Part shown: one piece after another, positions 34,347 through 43,473 of the stretch | Position numbering within the stretch: the stretch's first letter is position 1 | How the letters are laid out: each line of letters opens with the position of its first letter | DNA from: Chthonomonadales bacterium | GTDB taxonomy: Bacteria > Armatimonadota > Chthonomonadetes > Chthonomonadales > Chthonomonadaceae | Reading direction: 5' to 3' | DNA: 45,871 nucleotides | NCBI GenBank assembly: GCA_038231675.1 | Contig: JBBRKX010000001.1 | Span: 1-45,871 of the forward strand | Notes under the pieces: generated by a model | What the model saw: the letters and a program-made list of their open reading frames with translations, nothing else | Told to the model about the DNA's origin: nothing | The model's database searches: none | Program-made: the position numbers and the translations under genes

Positions 34347-35219
34347 GATCAGGCGACGCAATTCGCGTGTTTCATGGATACTAACTGACTTACCCTCGTG
34401 GTCGACGACGGCGTGCGGCTTCCCGTCGGGCACGAGGACCATGTGGCCAAGACGGTTGCGATCCGGCACGACTTGTTGCTGATAGGCAACGATGGCGGTT
34501 CTGTAGCCTTTGTGGGCAGCAAATGCGGGCCCTTTGAGAAGACCGCTTAGGATACGCAACCGATCATTCGCAGTAAGGATTATGTGCGCTCCAAAGAAAG
34601 CGCCCAAGGTAGTCGATCCCTCAAGTTCCGTGGCCTTCTTGACAAGTTCATCGATGCGCGCCTGGACATAACCAAGAGCTTCCTTGAACATTTTGGTTTT
34701 GCCCTCGTCGTCCAACTTGCCGTGGACGATAGTGAGGCACTGGTTAACGATGTGATCGATGTCGCTGGTGGCGCCCATCACGATTCCACGCGTATGGTCG
34801 AGGTCCAGCACTTTCTTAACGAGCGACTCGAAAACCCCCATTACTTCGTCGACGAGCTGTGTCCGATTTGCGCAGTAAACGCCTTCGAGGCCCTTTTCGA
34901 ACGCCAACCTTCTCAATTCCTCAGGAGCAGTCTGCGCGGAATAGAAAACGACGTCTTTATATCGCACCGTTTCGCGAATCTCCGCGATGGCATCCTGGCC
35001 AACTACGCCGTTGCCTAAGTCCCAATCGACTAAGATTAGGTCGATTTCATCAGTAAACACGTCACTTGCAATCGCAGCGCGAACCTCATCTGTCGATTGG
35101 CAAAGAGTCGGGCTGAACAGGAAACCTTCCTGTTCCATTTGTTTCTTGATGGCGGTGATTTGAGCCGCTACAAAATCAGGCTGATCGTCGACCCACAGCA
35201 CGTTGAAATCGAGCCTCAT
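34251..35219 (-). CDS. Receiver (REC)-like domain fused to a HEPN-like C-terminal domain
   Basis: REC pattern VLWVDDQ / LILVDWDLG / VVFYSAQ. C-terminal TANDRLRILSGLL...VVPDRNRLGH (R-x4-H). Start overlaps the upstream GHKL gene by 4 nt. The 3' end overlaps the convergent MTase by 96 nt. Confidence 0.65.
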   Translation of the reverse strand: MRLDFNVLWVDDQPDFVAAQITAIKKQMEQEGFLFSPTLCQSTDEVRAAIASDVFTDEIDLILVDWDLGNGVVGQDAIAEIRETVRYKDVVFYSAQTAPEELRRLAFEKGLEGVYCANRTQLVDEVMGVFESLVKKVLDLDHTRGIVMGATSDIDHIVNQCLTIVHGKLDDEGKTKMFKEALGYVQARIDELVKKATELEGSTTLGAFFGAHIILTANDRLRILSGLLKGPAFAAHKGYRTAIVAYQQQVVPDRNRLGHMVLVPDGKPHAVVDHEGKSVSIHETRELRRLILGLRNEFRGLLDALNAMDVATGDRVVTKVSK

Positions 35220-37582
35220 ACTGCTTTCCTTCCGCCGGCAAGCTTAATAATAAATGCTAAGCCCTTGCCCGCGTCATCATCCAATTCAACGGTTCCGCCC
35301 ATTTCACCCAACACTTGGCGCACATGGTACAAGCCCAATCCAGACCCCTGGGTTGTTGTATAGCCCATCTCAAAAATGCGAGCTTTATTGGTTCCCGGTT
35401 TGAGGCCTCGCCCGTTGTCACTCACGCGCATCGACAGGCCGCTCTTATCAAGGGGGGACAAAACAAATTTGATGGTGGACGCCTTGGCGCGCATTGCGTT
35501 GCTGATGAGGTTGTCAACGATGATCGAGGCGTTTATGGGGTTGAACATCTTCTTCAAACCAGGGTGGGTGTTCTCGACCTGTATCCGCAGACGGTTGCCT
35601 CCAAACACCTTCGCTATCTGTTCGATGTAATCCGTGATGAAGCCCGCGAAATCAGTGTCAATCTTTTCCGAGTCCAACTTAAAGTTCGCCTTCGCCGCGA
35701 ATCGCGTTATGGCAAGCACTTTCCGGTTAAGGAACGCCATTTGCTCAAGGGCCTTCAGCATCGTTTCACGCGGCACCGCTTTTTGCCCCGCCGTATCCGT
35801 GAGGAGGTTTTCAATCTGCTGGGCGATATCCACCGCGTAGATCGTCACCTGATGATGCAGGTTCAGAATCGTTGACTTGTCGACGGTTACGACGGCTTCC
35901 AGGAAGTGTGAGCGGCGGCGCTCAGTTTCAACTTCGCTTTCGGCCGATTCTGCCCGCCGATTCGCAGCCTCGGCCGACGAGCGCTCGCGATCTGCGATTT
36001 GAATCGCCTCCGCTGCGGACTTTCTCAGTTCCTCGAAACGCTTCTCTGCCTTGACTAACTTCGCGAGAAAGGGTTTATCGCCGGTCTTCTCGGCGATGGA
36101 ACGGAGGCTGACGAGGGAGTCCTCGAACTCGCTGGATCTCTCGTTCAATAAATCGACGAGCCGCTTGCTGTAATCGAGGAGTTCAATCTGCTCATTGTCG
36201 ACGAGGTTCGCCACAACCGCGGATACCCTGGCCCTACCAGGGTCGGTTAAAAGCCGCGAGAGATCGTCCGTATTCGCATCCGCCTTGTCCACCCACGAAA
36301 CGGGCACAACATACTTTTCGAGCCGCTTCAGGCAGTGGTCCATCACGGCCTTGTGCAACTGCTGCACGGCAGGGGTGGCAATAAGGCCCTGGTTGCGGCT
36401 TGACGCCTCCTGGAAGTCTTCGTCCGAACCGTAGACATCAACGCGCCCGATTATTTCGCGCGTCCCGAGAAAGCGGTTATAGCCCTGTTGCTTCCTCCTA
36501 TCGAAGCCGAACCAGTCGTCGCCGTCCTCCCCAATGGGATAAACACGGAAGCCGTTCCGGAACAGGAAGACCGATCCGAATTGCACGGACGGCAACCCCA
36601 CCCTGCGCGCGAAGGTGAGCTTGGCCGACTGGTTGAGGTAGTAGACCTCGCATGTGAATCCAGATTTCGCCAAAAACTTGTAGGGGTTGGGTTCGCGTAT
36701 TTTGTAGATTAGTTCCCCGCGGTCGGTGAGCGAAGTATTGACATGGTCGTTTTCGATGGAGACCCGGATAAAGGTGGTCTTTTCCTGGAGGGCGGAGAAA
36801 ATGAAATTGCCGACAAGGCCGTTGACGATCTCGCGGGCGGCAGGTTCCTCGCTTTTTTTCGCGGCGTCCGTGCTTACTTGCTTGTCGGCTGCCTCTTCCG
36901 CTGGCGCGGTGATAATGATCTTGAACTTGTCGCCCTTATCTCCAAAGGGATTAATCAGCTTGGCAAGCGATGACTTTAACGCGATAAGTCGTTGCCTATC
37001 CCATCTGCGCCTAAGCTTTCCGATTTCAACGACTGTGCCGTGGGCAAGCGCGTTGGCGAATTTGGCAAGTTCGTCGGGCAACTCGAACGCTGTGGTTTCC
37101 ATGTAGGTGACGGGGACCTTCTCGAAATGGTCCTTGTCATTCTTTTCAAAACGCTGCCAATCGACGTTGAGACGGTGAACGATACCGCCCTTTTCCCGCT
37201 TCGGGCGGGTTTGAAGAACGATCTGTTGGCCAAGGCGGTCGGATGAGAACCGCCCGATTCCCTTACTGCCCGCGTAATTCTTGCGCTCCGCCGCAACATC
37301 CCGGAAGTCCTTGGCGGAGCCTGTTTCTCTCTTTGCCGAATAGGCCACGAACAACCACTTGCTGGTCAGGTCGTCGTAGGACATTCCCGAGCCGTTGTCC
37401 GCGACGACCACGTTTGAATCGCCGAAATAAAGGTGGACGGTGTTTGCGGCGGCATCGAAGGAATTCTTGACGAGTTCAAAGATCGCGACCTCATCGTCGG
37501 TTATGAGTTCGCGGCCGAGTACCCGCTTTAGGCCGGTGCTCACATCGAAGTTAAGCGTCTTGGACTCGTTATCCTTTGCCAT
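35216..37582 (-). CDS. 788-aa protein with two GHKL ATPase modules: an N-terminal MORC/MutL-type HATPase and a C-terminal histidine-kinase-type HATPase
   Basis: N-terminal FELVKNSFDA, VVADNGSGM, GSKGIGRF. Central coiled coil (..ADRERSSAEAANRRAESAESEVETERRR..). LNLHHQV is a possible H-box. C-terminal N-box VDNLISNA, G1 SDNGRGL, G2 GSGLGLY. Confidence 0.75.
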   Translation of the reverse strand: MAKDNESKTLNFDVSTGLKRVLGRELITDDEVAIFELVKNSFDAAANTVHLYFGDSNVVVADNGSGMSYDDLTSKWLFVAYSAKRETGSAKDFRDVAAERKNYAGSKGIGRFSSDRLGQQIVLQTRPKREKGGIVHRLNVDWQRFEKNDKDHFEKVPVTYMETTAFELPDELAKFANALAHGTVVEIGKLRRRWDRQRLIALKSSLAKLINPFGDKGDKFKIIITAPAEEAADKQVSTDAAKKSEEPAAREIVNGLVGNFIFSALQEKTTFIRVSIENDHVNTSLTDRGELIYKIREPNPYKFLAKSGFTCEVYYLNQSAKLTFARRVGLPSVQFGSVFLFRNGFRVYPIGEDGDDWFGFDRRKQQGYNRFLGTREIIGRVDVYGSDEDFQEASSRNQGLIATPAVQQLHKAVMDHCLKRLEKYVVPVSWVDKADANTDDLSRLLTDPGRARVSAVVANLVDNEQIELLDYSKRLVDLLNERSSEFEDSLVSLRSIAEKTGDKPFLAKLVKAEKRFEELRKSAAEAIQIADRERSSAEAANRRAESAESEVETERRRSHFLEAVVTVDKSTILNLHHQVTIYAVDIAQQIENLLTDTAGQKAVPRETMLKALEQMAFLNRKVLAITRFAAKANFKLDSEKIDTDFAGFITDYIEQIAKVFGGNRLRIQVENTHPGLKKMFNPINASIIVDNLISNAMRAKASTIKFVLSPLDKSGLSMRVSDNGRGLKPGTNKARIFEMGYTTTQGSGLGLYHVRQVLGEMGGTVELDDDAGKGLAFIIKLAGGRKAV

Positions 37583-37616
37583 GCCTGCCCGTCGTGGTTA
37601 CAGTATCCGGTCGATC

Positions 37617-38459
37617 CTACGAGACCGCCCGCATTTCCTCTAGGAACCGCCGCAGAATTTCATCAATAGTTCCGATCGGTGGGTGTTTGGAGAGGTGCTG
37701 ACTGATGTCGTCAATAATGCGCTCTGGCGACCTAGCATCCTTCATGTTGGGATCGCGATGCGCCCAATCACGACCAGGATGCAGCGTATCCCAGGGTGAC
37801 CGCAGATTGGCGCGGGTCGCGGGATCGTCGCCATGTTTGCCGAAGCCATAGCAAATGCCCATTTCGGAATTCCAGATAGGCTTGAACAAATGAATTAGAT
37901 AATCTTCCGCCGATGTCTGCCAGCCCGTCTGCACAACAATCGCCCGATACTCAAAGTCTTCCAATCGCAGCGTGGTCGTGGCTTTCCCGATGTTCTTGCG
38001 GTGATCGTTGAGCCGATTGGCGAGGCGGTCGCCCTGCTCCATCGCGGTCTTCGCCGCGGGGTCGCCGGGATCGGCCTTGCCCACATATATGGGATGTTCC
38101 CGCTTCGTTATCTCCGCGTAGGCGGGAAACTCGCCATTATAGTAAATCGCGTAAACCCCCGAGCCGTAGAACCGCTCGACATTTGCAAGGTGCTTGCGGG
38201 CTTGAGCGATCATGGTGATACCGACGATGCGGCCCGCCACGTTCGGATTTGAGGGATCAAAGACGAAGCCGGGATGCTTGATGGGATCAAGATCCTCCAT
38301 GACCTTCCGTATCTTTTCGTAAGCCTCGGTGATTGTTTTGCGGACACGCTTCGCGCGGGGCGGAGCTAATTGGGATGGTTCTTCCGCAGCGAGTGTCTCC
38401 GAAAGCTCCTTCAGCTGCGCGGCCAACTGTTCAAGCTTTCCCGGAACCGTCGCCATCAC
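37617..38459 (-). CDS. GIY-YIG restriction endonuclease, Eco29kI/Cfr42I-like
   Basis: GVYAIYY ... PIYVGKA ... RLNDHRKN, then FKPIWNSEMGICYGFGKHGDD...SPWDTLHPGRDWA. Start overlaps the upstream MTase gene by 4 nt. Confidence 0.7.
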   Translation of the reverse strand: MMATVPGKLEQLAAQLKELSETLAAEEPSQLAPPRAKRVRKTITEAYEKIRKVMEDLDPIKHPGFVFDPSNPNVAGRIVGITMIAQARKHLANVERFYGSGVYAIYYNGEFPAYAEITKREHPIYVGKADPGDPAAKTAMEQGDRLANRLNDHRKNIGKATTTLRLEDFEYRAIVVQTGWQTSAEDYLIHLFKPIWNSEMGICYGFGKHGDDPATRANLRSPWDTLHPGRDWAHRDPNMKDARSPERIIDDISQHLSKHPPIGTIDEILRRFLEEMRAVS

Positions 38460-39634
38460 CCCTGCCCTTTCTTTAAAGAAAGCAGGGTGCCGGCGACGGA
38501 GCTGGCAACCACCTGGGCCAGACGCACGGGAACTGCGTTTCCCAGCTGCCGCATGGCCTCGGTCCAGGCCCCATGAAAGATGTAATCATCGGGGAAGGTT
38601 TGCAGGCGCGCCGCCTCCCGCACCGTGAAATACCGCACCGACCCGTCGGCGCGCGCAAGCATGTTCTCACCGCCGGGCACGCCGTGGTCGCCGGCCTTGA
38701 GCGTCTTCGCCGGTTCGTCGAGGGGGCTGCCGGTATGTCCGGGGTAGCTGCGCGCGCCCGGATTGAAGCGATGGTTGGGAACTTTGTTGTTGAGGAATTT
38801 TTCGGGATCGGGAAGATCGCTGATGGCATCTCGCACGGTGAGCCACGGCGTCCTGCCCTGTCCGAAAAGTTGGCCGCTCCTGAGCCGCGCCACGCGCGCG
38901 AGTTGGCGGCACTCCAGCATGGGCCGGTGTTTTTTGGCCACCGCGTGCCTGTCCCAGTACTCGCCGTTGATCCACTTGGAGGCAATCAATGCGTCCTCAA
39001 AATGGGTCTCGGGTGGAAAGCTCCATTCCACCCCAAGATCGGCGCGGAAACCGACAATGAAGACGCGCTCCCGCTTCTGCGGAATACCATAATCCGCGGC
39101 ATTTAGCACCTCGGCGATGACATGGTATTCACGGGCGCTGCGCGAGGTCCCGAAAGTTTCGAGGCGTCGGCAATGCTCGCGCCATGGCTCCCCCTTGCGT
39201 CGAACAAGGCTTGGGAACGTTAGCTGCAGGCGGATATATTCAAAATACGTCGCGAACGTTTCGCGCTTCAGGCCCTTGACGTTCTCAAAAATGAACGCTT
39301 TGGGCCGCAACTCGCGCACGGCGCGCACGGCTTCAGGAAACATATCGCGCTCGTCCATGAATCCGCGGTGTTTGCCACCGAGGGAGAACGGCTGGCAAGG
39401 CGGTCCGCCCGAGACGACCATCACCTCGCCGCCGAGGGTTCCATAATCGAACGCGCGCACATCGGCCTGGTGCAGCGGCCATTTTTCAATATTGCTGGCT
39501 TTATGGCGCTGGTTTTCATGGAAAGTCTCGCACGCGTCGGAATTCCATTCGATCACCGCGGCATGATGGAATCCGGCATTCGCCATGCCCATGGCAAGGC
39601 CGCCCGCGCCCGCGAACAGTTCAACGCTGCGCAT
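38456..39634 (-). CDS. dcm: DNA (cytosine-5) methyltransferase, cognate of the GIY-YIG endonuclease
   Basis: Motif I ELFAGAGGLAMG, IV GGPPCQPFS, VI FIFENVKGL, VIII PQKRERVFIVG, IX TVREAARLQTFPDDY, X GNAVPVRLA. Confidence 0.9.
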   Translation of the reverse strand: MRSVELFAGAGGLAMGMANAGFHHAAVIEWNSDACETFHENQRHKASNIEKWPLHQADVRAFDYGTLGGEVMVVSGGPPCQPFSLGGKHRGFMDERDMFPEAVRAVRELRPKAFIFENVKGLKRETFATYFEYIRLQLTFPSLVRRKGEPWREHCRRLETFGTSRSAREYHVIAEVLNAADYGIPQKRERVFIVGFRADLGVEWSFPPETHFEDALIASKWINGEYWDRHAVAKKHRPMLECRQLARVARLRSGQLFGQGRTPWLTVRDAISDLPDPEKFLNNKVPNHRFNPGARSYPGHTGSPLDEPAKTLKAGDHGVPGGENMLARADGSVRYFTVREAARLQTFPDDYIFHGAWTEAMRQLGNAVPVRLAQVVASSVAGTLLSLKKGQG

Positions 39635-40034
39635 CGAGGAATCTCCTTATCCGATTTTCCAACTTAGCCGCGTCCTTGATCTGGCATTCCCAGATGATCA
39701 ACACTTTCCAACCCTCGCGCTTGAGCGCCCGTTCATTCTTATCGTCCCGTTCCCTGTTTCCTTCGAGCTTCGGCGTCCAGAAGTCAAGGCGCGACTTGGG
39801 CATTCGCGCAATTGGGCAATTGGCGTGAAGGTGCCAGAAACAGCCGTGGATGAAAATAACCTTCCGCCGTGGCCGGAAAACGAGGTCGGGGCAGCCGGGC
39901 AGATTCTTCGCATGGAGCCGGTAGCGGTATCCAAGGGCAAAGACAAGCCTGCGGACAACCATCTCTGGGCGCGAGTCCTTGGAGCGGATGCGCGCCATGA
40001 TTTCGGATCGTTTTTCGGGAGAAACGGAGTCCAC
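39621..40034 (-). CDS. vsr: Very-short-patch repair endonuclease
   Basis: SRPEMVVRRLVFALGYRYRLH...PDLVF...VIFIHGCFWH...NRERDDKNERALKREGWKVLIIWEC. Confidence 0.9.
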   Translation of the reverse strand: MDSVSPEKRSEIMARIRSKDSRPEMVVRRLVFALGYRYRLHAKNLPGCPDLVFRPRRKVIFIHGCFWHLHANCPIARMPKSRLDFWTPKLEGNRERDDKNERALKREGWKVLIIWECQIKDAAKLENRIRRFLDAQR

Positions 40035-40040
40035 AAGGTC

Positions 40041-40268
40041 TCAATCTCCCCTAAGCTGGCTGAGCAGCGGCCACTGATCCGCCACGTATTTCTCAACGGC
40101 CTCGCGCACGACCCACGCGATGGACACTTTCTTTCGCTTGGCCACGTCCTCGATGGTTTTATACAATTCAGGCGGAAATGTGACCGAGGCGCGTGGCTGC
40201 GCGCCTGTTTTTGCCTTTCCCGCCGCCCGTTGTCCACTCATGCCCGGTCGCCTCGCTTCCTGCACCAC
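40041..40268 (-). CDS. Ribbon-helix-helix (CopG-like) protein, first gene of the R-M operon
   Basis: RASVTFPPELYKTIEDVAKRKKVSIAWVVREAVEKYV is a typical RHH. GTG 40268 or ATG 40241. 6 nt upstream of vsr. Confidence 0.65.
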   Translation of the reverse strand: MVQEARRPGMSGQRAAGKAKTGAQPRASVTFPPELYKTIEDVAKRKKVSIAWVVREAVEKYVADQWPLLSQLRGD

Positions 40269-40667
40269 GATACATCACCGCGATGCACGCCTCAAGCGTG
40301 AACGCATTTGCAACGGGAATTACTTTACCGGATGGGATTTGGAAGAACGGATTCGATCAGGAACCGCGAAAGCCGACAGCTGCTCGGAAAAGTGCGATTA
40401 CCAAGAGCGGCGGTGAGTTAGGGTTGGGAGAAATATTTCGAGTCCGGGCGAATGTGCTACGGGTTGCAGGAACCGCTGGTGAGCGCCATTCAAGTTCAAT
40501 GTTCTTCGCTTTGCGCGCCTACCCGGACTCGATCCGATCATAACCGATTATGCGTGAGAATTTCTAGTATTTCGCAATTGTTTTTTGAGCGATGTCATCA
40601 GGTATTCGGATTCAGCCGCAAGCCGGGATTTCTTGACGCCGAGCCCAATTGATAGAAGAATTCGCTT

Positions 40668-40943
40668 ATGAAATTTCACGTCCCACTCGATACTGCCGGA
40701 AGCATCACGATTCCAAAGGTTCTACTCGACGAACTGCATTTGGAGGCTGGCGATGCGCTGGAAATCGAAAGTGCCGGGGAGCAGATCACCCTTCGCCCGG
40801 TGCGCAGTACATCGCCGCTTACGGAGGAGCGGGATGTCTGGGTGCTTCACAGCGGGCAGCCCCTGCCCGCTTCCGCCACCGATGAAATGCTTGAACATAA
40901 CCGCGAGCAGCGAGACGCGGCGAACCTTGGAAGGAATGACTGA
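40668..40943 (+). CDS. AbrB/MazE/SpoVT-type antitoxin-like DNA-binding protein, no adjacent toxin
   Basis: GSITIPKVLLDELHLEAGDALEIESAGEQITLRPV is a swapped-hairpin AbrB-fold signature. Confidence 0.7.
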   Translation: MKFHVPLDTAGSITIPKVLLDELHLEAGDALEIESAGEQITLRPVRSTSPLTEERDVWVLHSGQPLPASATDEMLEHNREQRDAANLGRND

Positions 40944-41012
40944 AGAGGTGATGTTAAGCGCGGGGTCGCAGGGGTTCGTAATCCCTCGCCGGGGACCGGG
41001 GCGGAGCCCCGG

Positions 41013-41041
41013 CAAAAGAAAGACAGGGGCCGAAGCCCCTG
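41013..41041 (-). terminator. Rho-independent terminator for ardC
   Basis: On the minus strand, CAGGGGC-ttcg-GCCCCTG followed by TCTTTCTTTTG. A second hairpin, CCGGGGC-gga-GCCCCGG, is at 40996-41012. Confidence 0.6.
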
Positions 41042-41069
41042 CCCTCCTCGCTGCAATCGCTTCTGGCCA

Positions 41070-42005
41070 TCAGGCTGCGACGCTTGCCTGCTGCTCTTTC
41101 TGCTGCAGGCCGTTTAAGTAATCCGCGGCGCGTTGCGCGTGGGCGGCTGCCGAGAATATCGCGCGCTTGTCTTCCTTGAGCACGGTCAGCCAATGCCCTA
41201 AATAAGCAGCGTGGTCTTCCCTTACTTCCGGGGTGATGCCAATTTCCGCACACAGAAAAGCGGCTCCGAGTTCGGCAACCAGTTCTTCGCGGGCGTAGCC
41301 GTGGTCGCCGAAACGTTTGCCGCTGAAATCCCGATCCAACCGGCTCTTGTGCTTGGTCCAGTGGGTAAGCTCATGAAACGCGGTTGCGTAATAGCTTTCC
41401 TTGTCCTTAAAGGCCTCGAACGGTGGAAGCTGCACCATGTCGCGGGCGGGTGCATAGAATGCGTTGTTGCCGCCATGCTGGATGGCTGCTCCTGTCGCGG
41501 TCATAAAACGGTCGGCATGTTCGATGCGATCCGTCAAAGGCAGCGGGTTTTCAGGGTGGGCGTAGAAATGTGCCGGCAGTCCGTCCACCTGCTCGACGTT
41601 GAACACGGTATAGCCTTTCATGAAAGGGATCTCGCGCTCGACATCCTCGCCCTGTTCGTTGGTCTCGGTCTTGCTGATGGTGTTGGCGTAGACCACCAGA
41701 GAGCCATGCTCGCCTTTGCGGACGTTGGCGCCTAGTTCCTGGGCTTGGCGGTAGGTCATCCAGATAGGTGCGGCGTATCCCTTGGTCATGGCTTCGCCCC
41801 ACAGTAAGAGGATGTTCATGCCACGGTACGGGGTGCCGTTATGGCGTAGGGGTCGCGTGATGCGTCCGGCAGCGTGTTCCGATGCCCAGGGCTTCATCCA
41901 TGGGCGGATACCCTGCTCCAGGTCGCTGATGATATGGTCGGTAACTTTGGTGTAAACATCCTTGCGGTCAATGCTGGCTGCGTTGGCTGTTGCGGTCTTG
42001 GTCAT
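41070..42005 (-). CDS. ardC: ArdC-like antirestriction protein (ssDNA-binding N-domain + HExxH metalloprotease)
   Basis: DVYTKVTDHIISDLEQGIRPWMKPW, YRGMNILLLW, WMTYRQAQELGANVRKGE, FHELTHWTKH, REELVAELGAAFLCAEIGI. AGGAG lies upstream of ATG 42005. Confidence 0.85.
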   Translation of the reverse strand: MTKTATANAASIDRKDVYTKVTDHIISDLEQGIRPWMKPWASEHAAGRITRPLRHNGTPYRGMNILLLWGEAMTKGYAAPIWMTYRQAQELGANVRKGEHGSLVVYANTISKTETNEQGEDVEREIPFMKGYTVFNVEQVDGLPAHFYAHPENPLPLTDRIEHADRFMTATGAAIQHGGNNAFYAPARDMVQLPPFEAFKDKESYYATAFHELTHWTKHKSRLDRDFSGKRFGDHGYAREELVAELGAAFLCAEIGITPEVREDHAAYLGHWLTVLKEDKRAIFSAAAHAQRAADYLNGLQQKEQQASVAA

Positions 42006-42476
42006 TTCCGGTCTCCTTAAATGGGCTTTTGAGGTTGCTGTGCTCATGCACATGCACCTCTGCCCACCGGCGAGGTCGGGGGTAGCAACGCGTCAAGGGC
42101 GCAAGACCGGGAGGGGAATCACCCGGCCTGCACAAGCCCCGCTTTTGGGCGCGGAAGGTTGGGGATACCCGGTCGGCGGCGAAGCTTTACCCTTGCGCGG
42201 CGCGTGGGGCAGCGCCCCTAGTGTTTTTGGGTTTCGCGAAAGGGATAGTTACCCGGATGGGCCGAGACGCGCTTTTAAGCGGCTCGGTGAGCGCGTTGGC
42301 GAATAGAGCCCGGCCAGCGCATTTCAGCGGGTTCGCCATGTAATCTGTAAGCCGGGATCGTGGTTTCCGGTGTTGTCTATGGAGTATATGGAGCCTATTG
42401 TGTCTGTAGAGACTATGTACTTGATGGAATAAATGGAGCTTGCGTAGTCTGGGGAGAATGACTAGGCTCGGCCGCC

Positions 42477-43040
42477 ATGAACATCACGCTTCTGGCAAAA
42501 AAAGGCGGTGTCGGTAAAAGCACTGTCTCGATCCTTCTCTATGAAGCTTTCCGTCAGGCGGGCAAATCGGTCACCATTCGCGATTGGGATGCACAGGGTA
42601 CGAGCAGCAAGTCGCTTGAATTAATTCATCGAGACTCTCCCAACACAAGTGCCGATCAGGCGGGCATAATCATCTACGACACCCCGCCCAGTCTGGAACA
42701 TACCGCCACAGCTACAGCCGTGCGCAACGCCGATATCGTGCTGGTAGTAACCTCCCCCTCCCCTGCGGACATCTGGGAGGCGGAGGACGCAGTGCGCTTC
42801 GTAAAGACCAAAAACAGCAAAGCGGCTGTGAGAGTCATCTTCAATAAGGTCCGGAAAGCCACGGTGCTTGGAAGACTTATCGAGGAGAGTGCCAAACAAG
42901 TGAGCGCCCCTGCCCTTCCCGTCACTTTGAGCGCTCGCGAATGTTACCAGCATGCCGTCGCCCAAGGCTGGAAAGCCCTCGACAGTGCGGCCCGCCAAGA
43001 AGTGCTTCAACTTATCGTCGCCCTATTATCCCAGCAATAG
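42477..43040 (+). CDS. parA: Small ParA-type partition ATPase
   Basis: Deviant Walker A LLAKKGGVGKSTV. 187 aa. Confidence 0.85.
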   Translation: MNITLLAKKGGVGKSTVSILLYEAFRQAGKSVTIRDWDAQGTSSKSLELIHRDSPNTSADQAGIIIYDTPPSLEHTATATAVRNADIVLVVTSPSPADIWEAEDAVRFVKTKNSKAAVRVIFNKVRKATVLGRLIEESAKQVSAPALPVTLSARECYQHAVAQGWKALDSAARQEVLQLIVALLSQQ

Positions 43041-43080
43041 AGACTATGTACTCTCCACAGACAACACAGTGTCCATAAAG

Positions 43081-43473
43081 ATGAAAACATCAAAGAATAA
43101 TGTGAATGATCTCCTGGCGGCCATCCAGCGCAAGACGCCCAGCAACCCCAGTCCCGCAGCCATCGAGCCAGAGGTAGCAACGGAGCCCGAAAGCTCAGCG
43201 TCAAAAGGAGAACCTTCGAAATTGAAGCTCCACGGCCGGGCATCGGCGAAGAAAGCTATCAAGAGCAAAGTCGGCAAGCCCGTCCAATTCTGGATGCACG
43301 ACGAGGATCGCAAACTTGTTCGGGAGTTATCCGCGTGGCTAGCCGGGCAGGGAGTGCGACCCAGCGACAGCATGGTCATTCGGGCAGCACTGCGATTCGC
43401 CAAAACTGGAAGTGCGTTTCTGGAATCTTACTGGGAGGCGTCCCAACTGGACGGGCGGCTAAAACGCAACTGA
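43081..43473 (+). CDS. Probable RHH centromere-binding partner of ParA (ParG-like)
   Basis: A disordered basic N-terminus, then KPVQFWMHDEDRKLVRELSAWLA..SDSMVIRAALRF (RHH-like). Directly downstream of parA. Confidence 0.55.
   Translation: MKTSKNNVNDLLAAIQRKTPSNPSPAAIEPEVATEPESSASKGEPSKLKLHGRASAKKAIKSKVGKPVQFWMHDEDRKLVRELSAWLAGQGVRPSDSMVIRAALRFAKTGSAFLESYWEASQLDGRLKRN

Noticed and set aside
38473-40301. Several 100-240-aa ORFs on either strand overlapping the MTase, Vsr and RHH genes
   Set aside because: The m5C MTase, Vsr and RHH frames carry complete canonical motifs. The alternatives are R/P/A-rich shadows.
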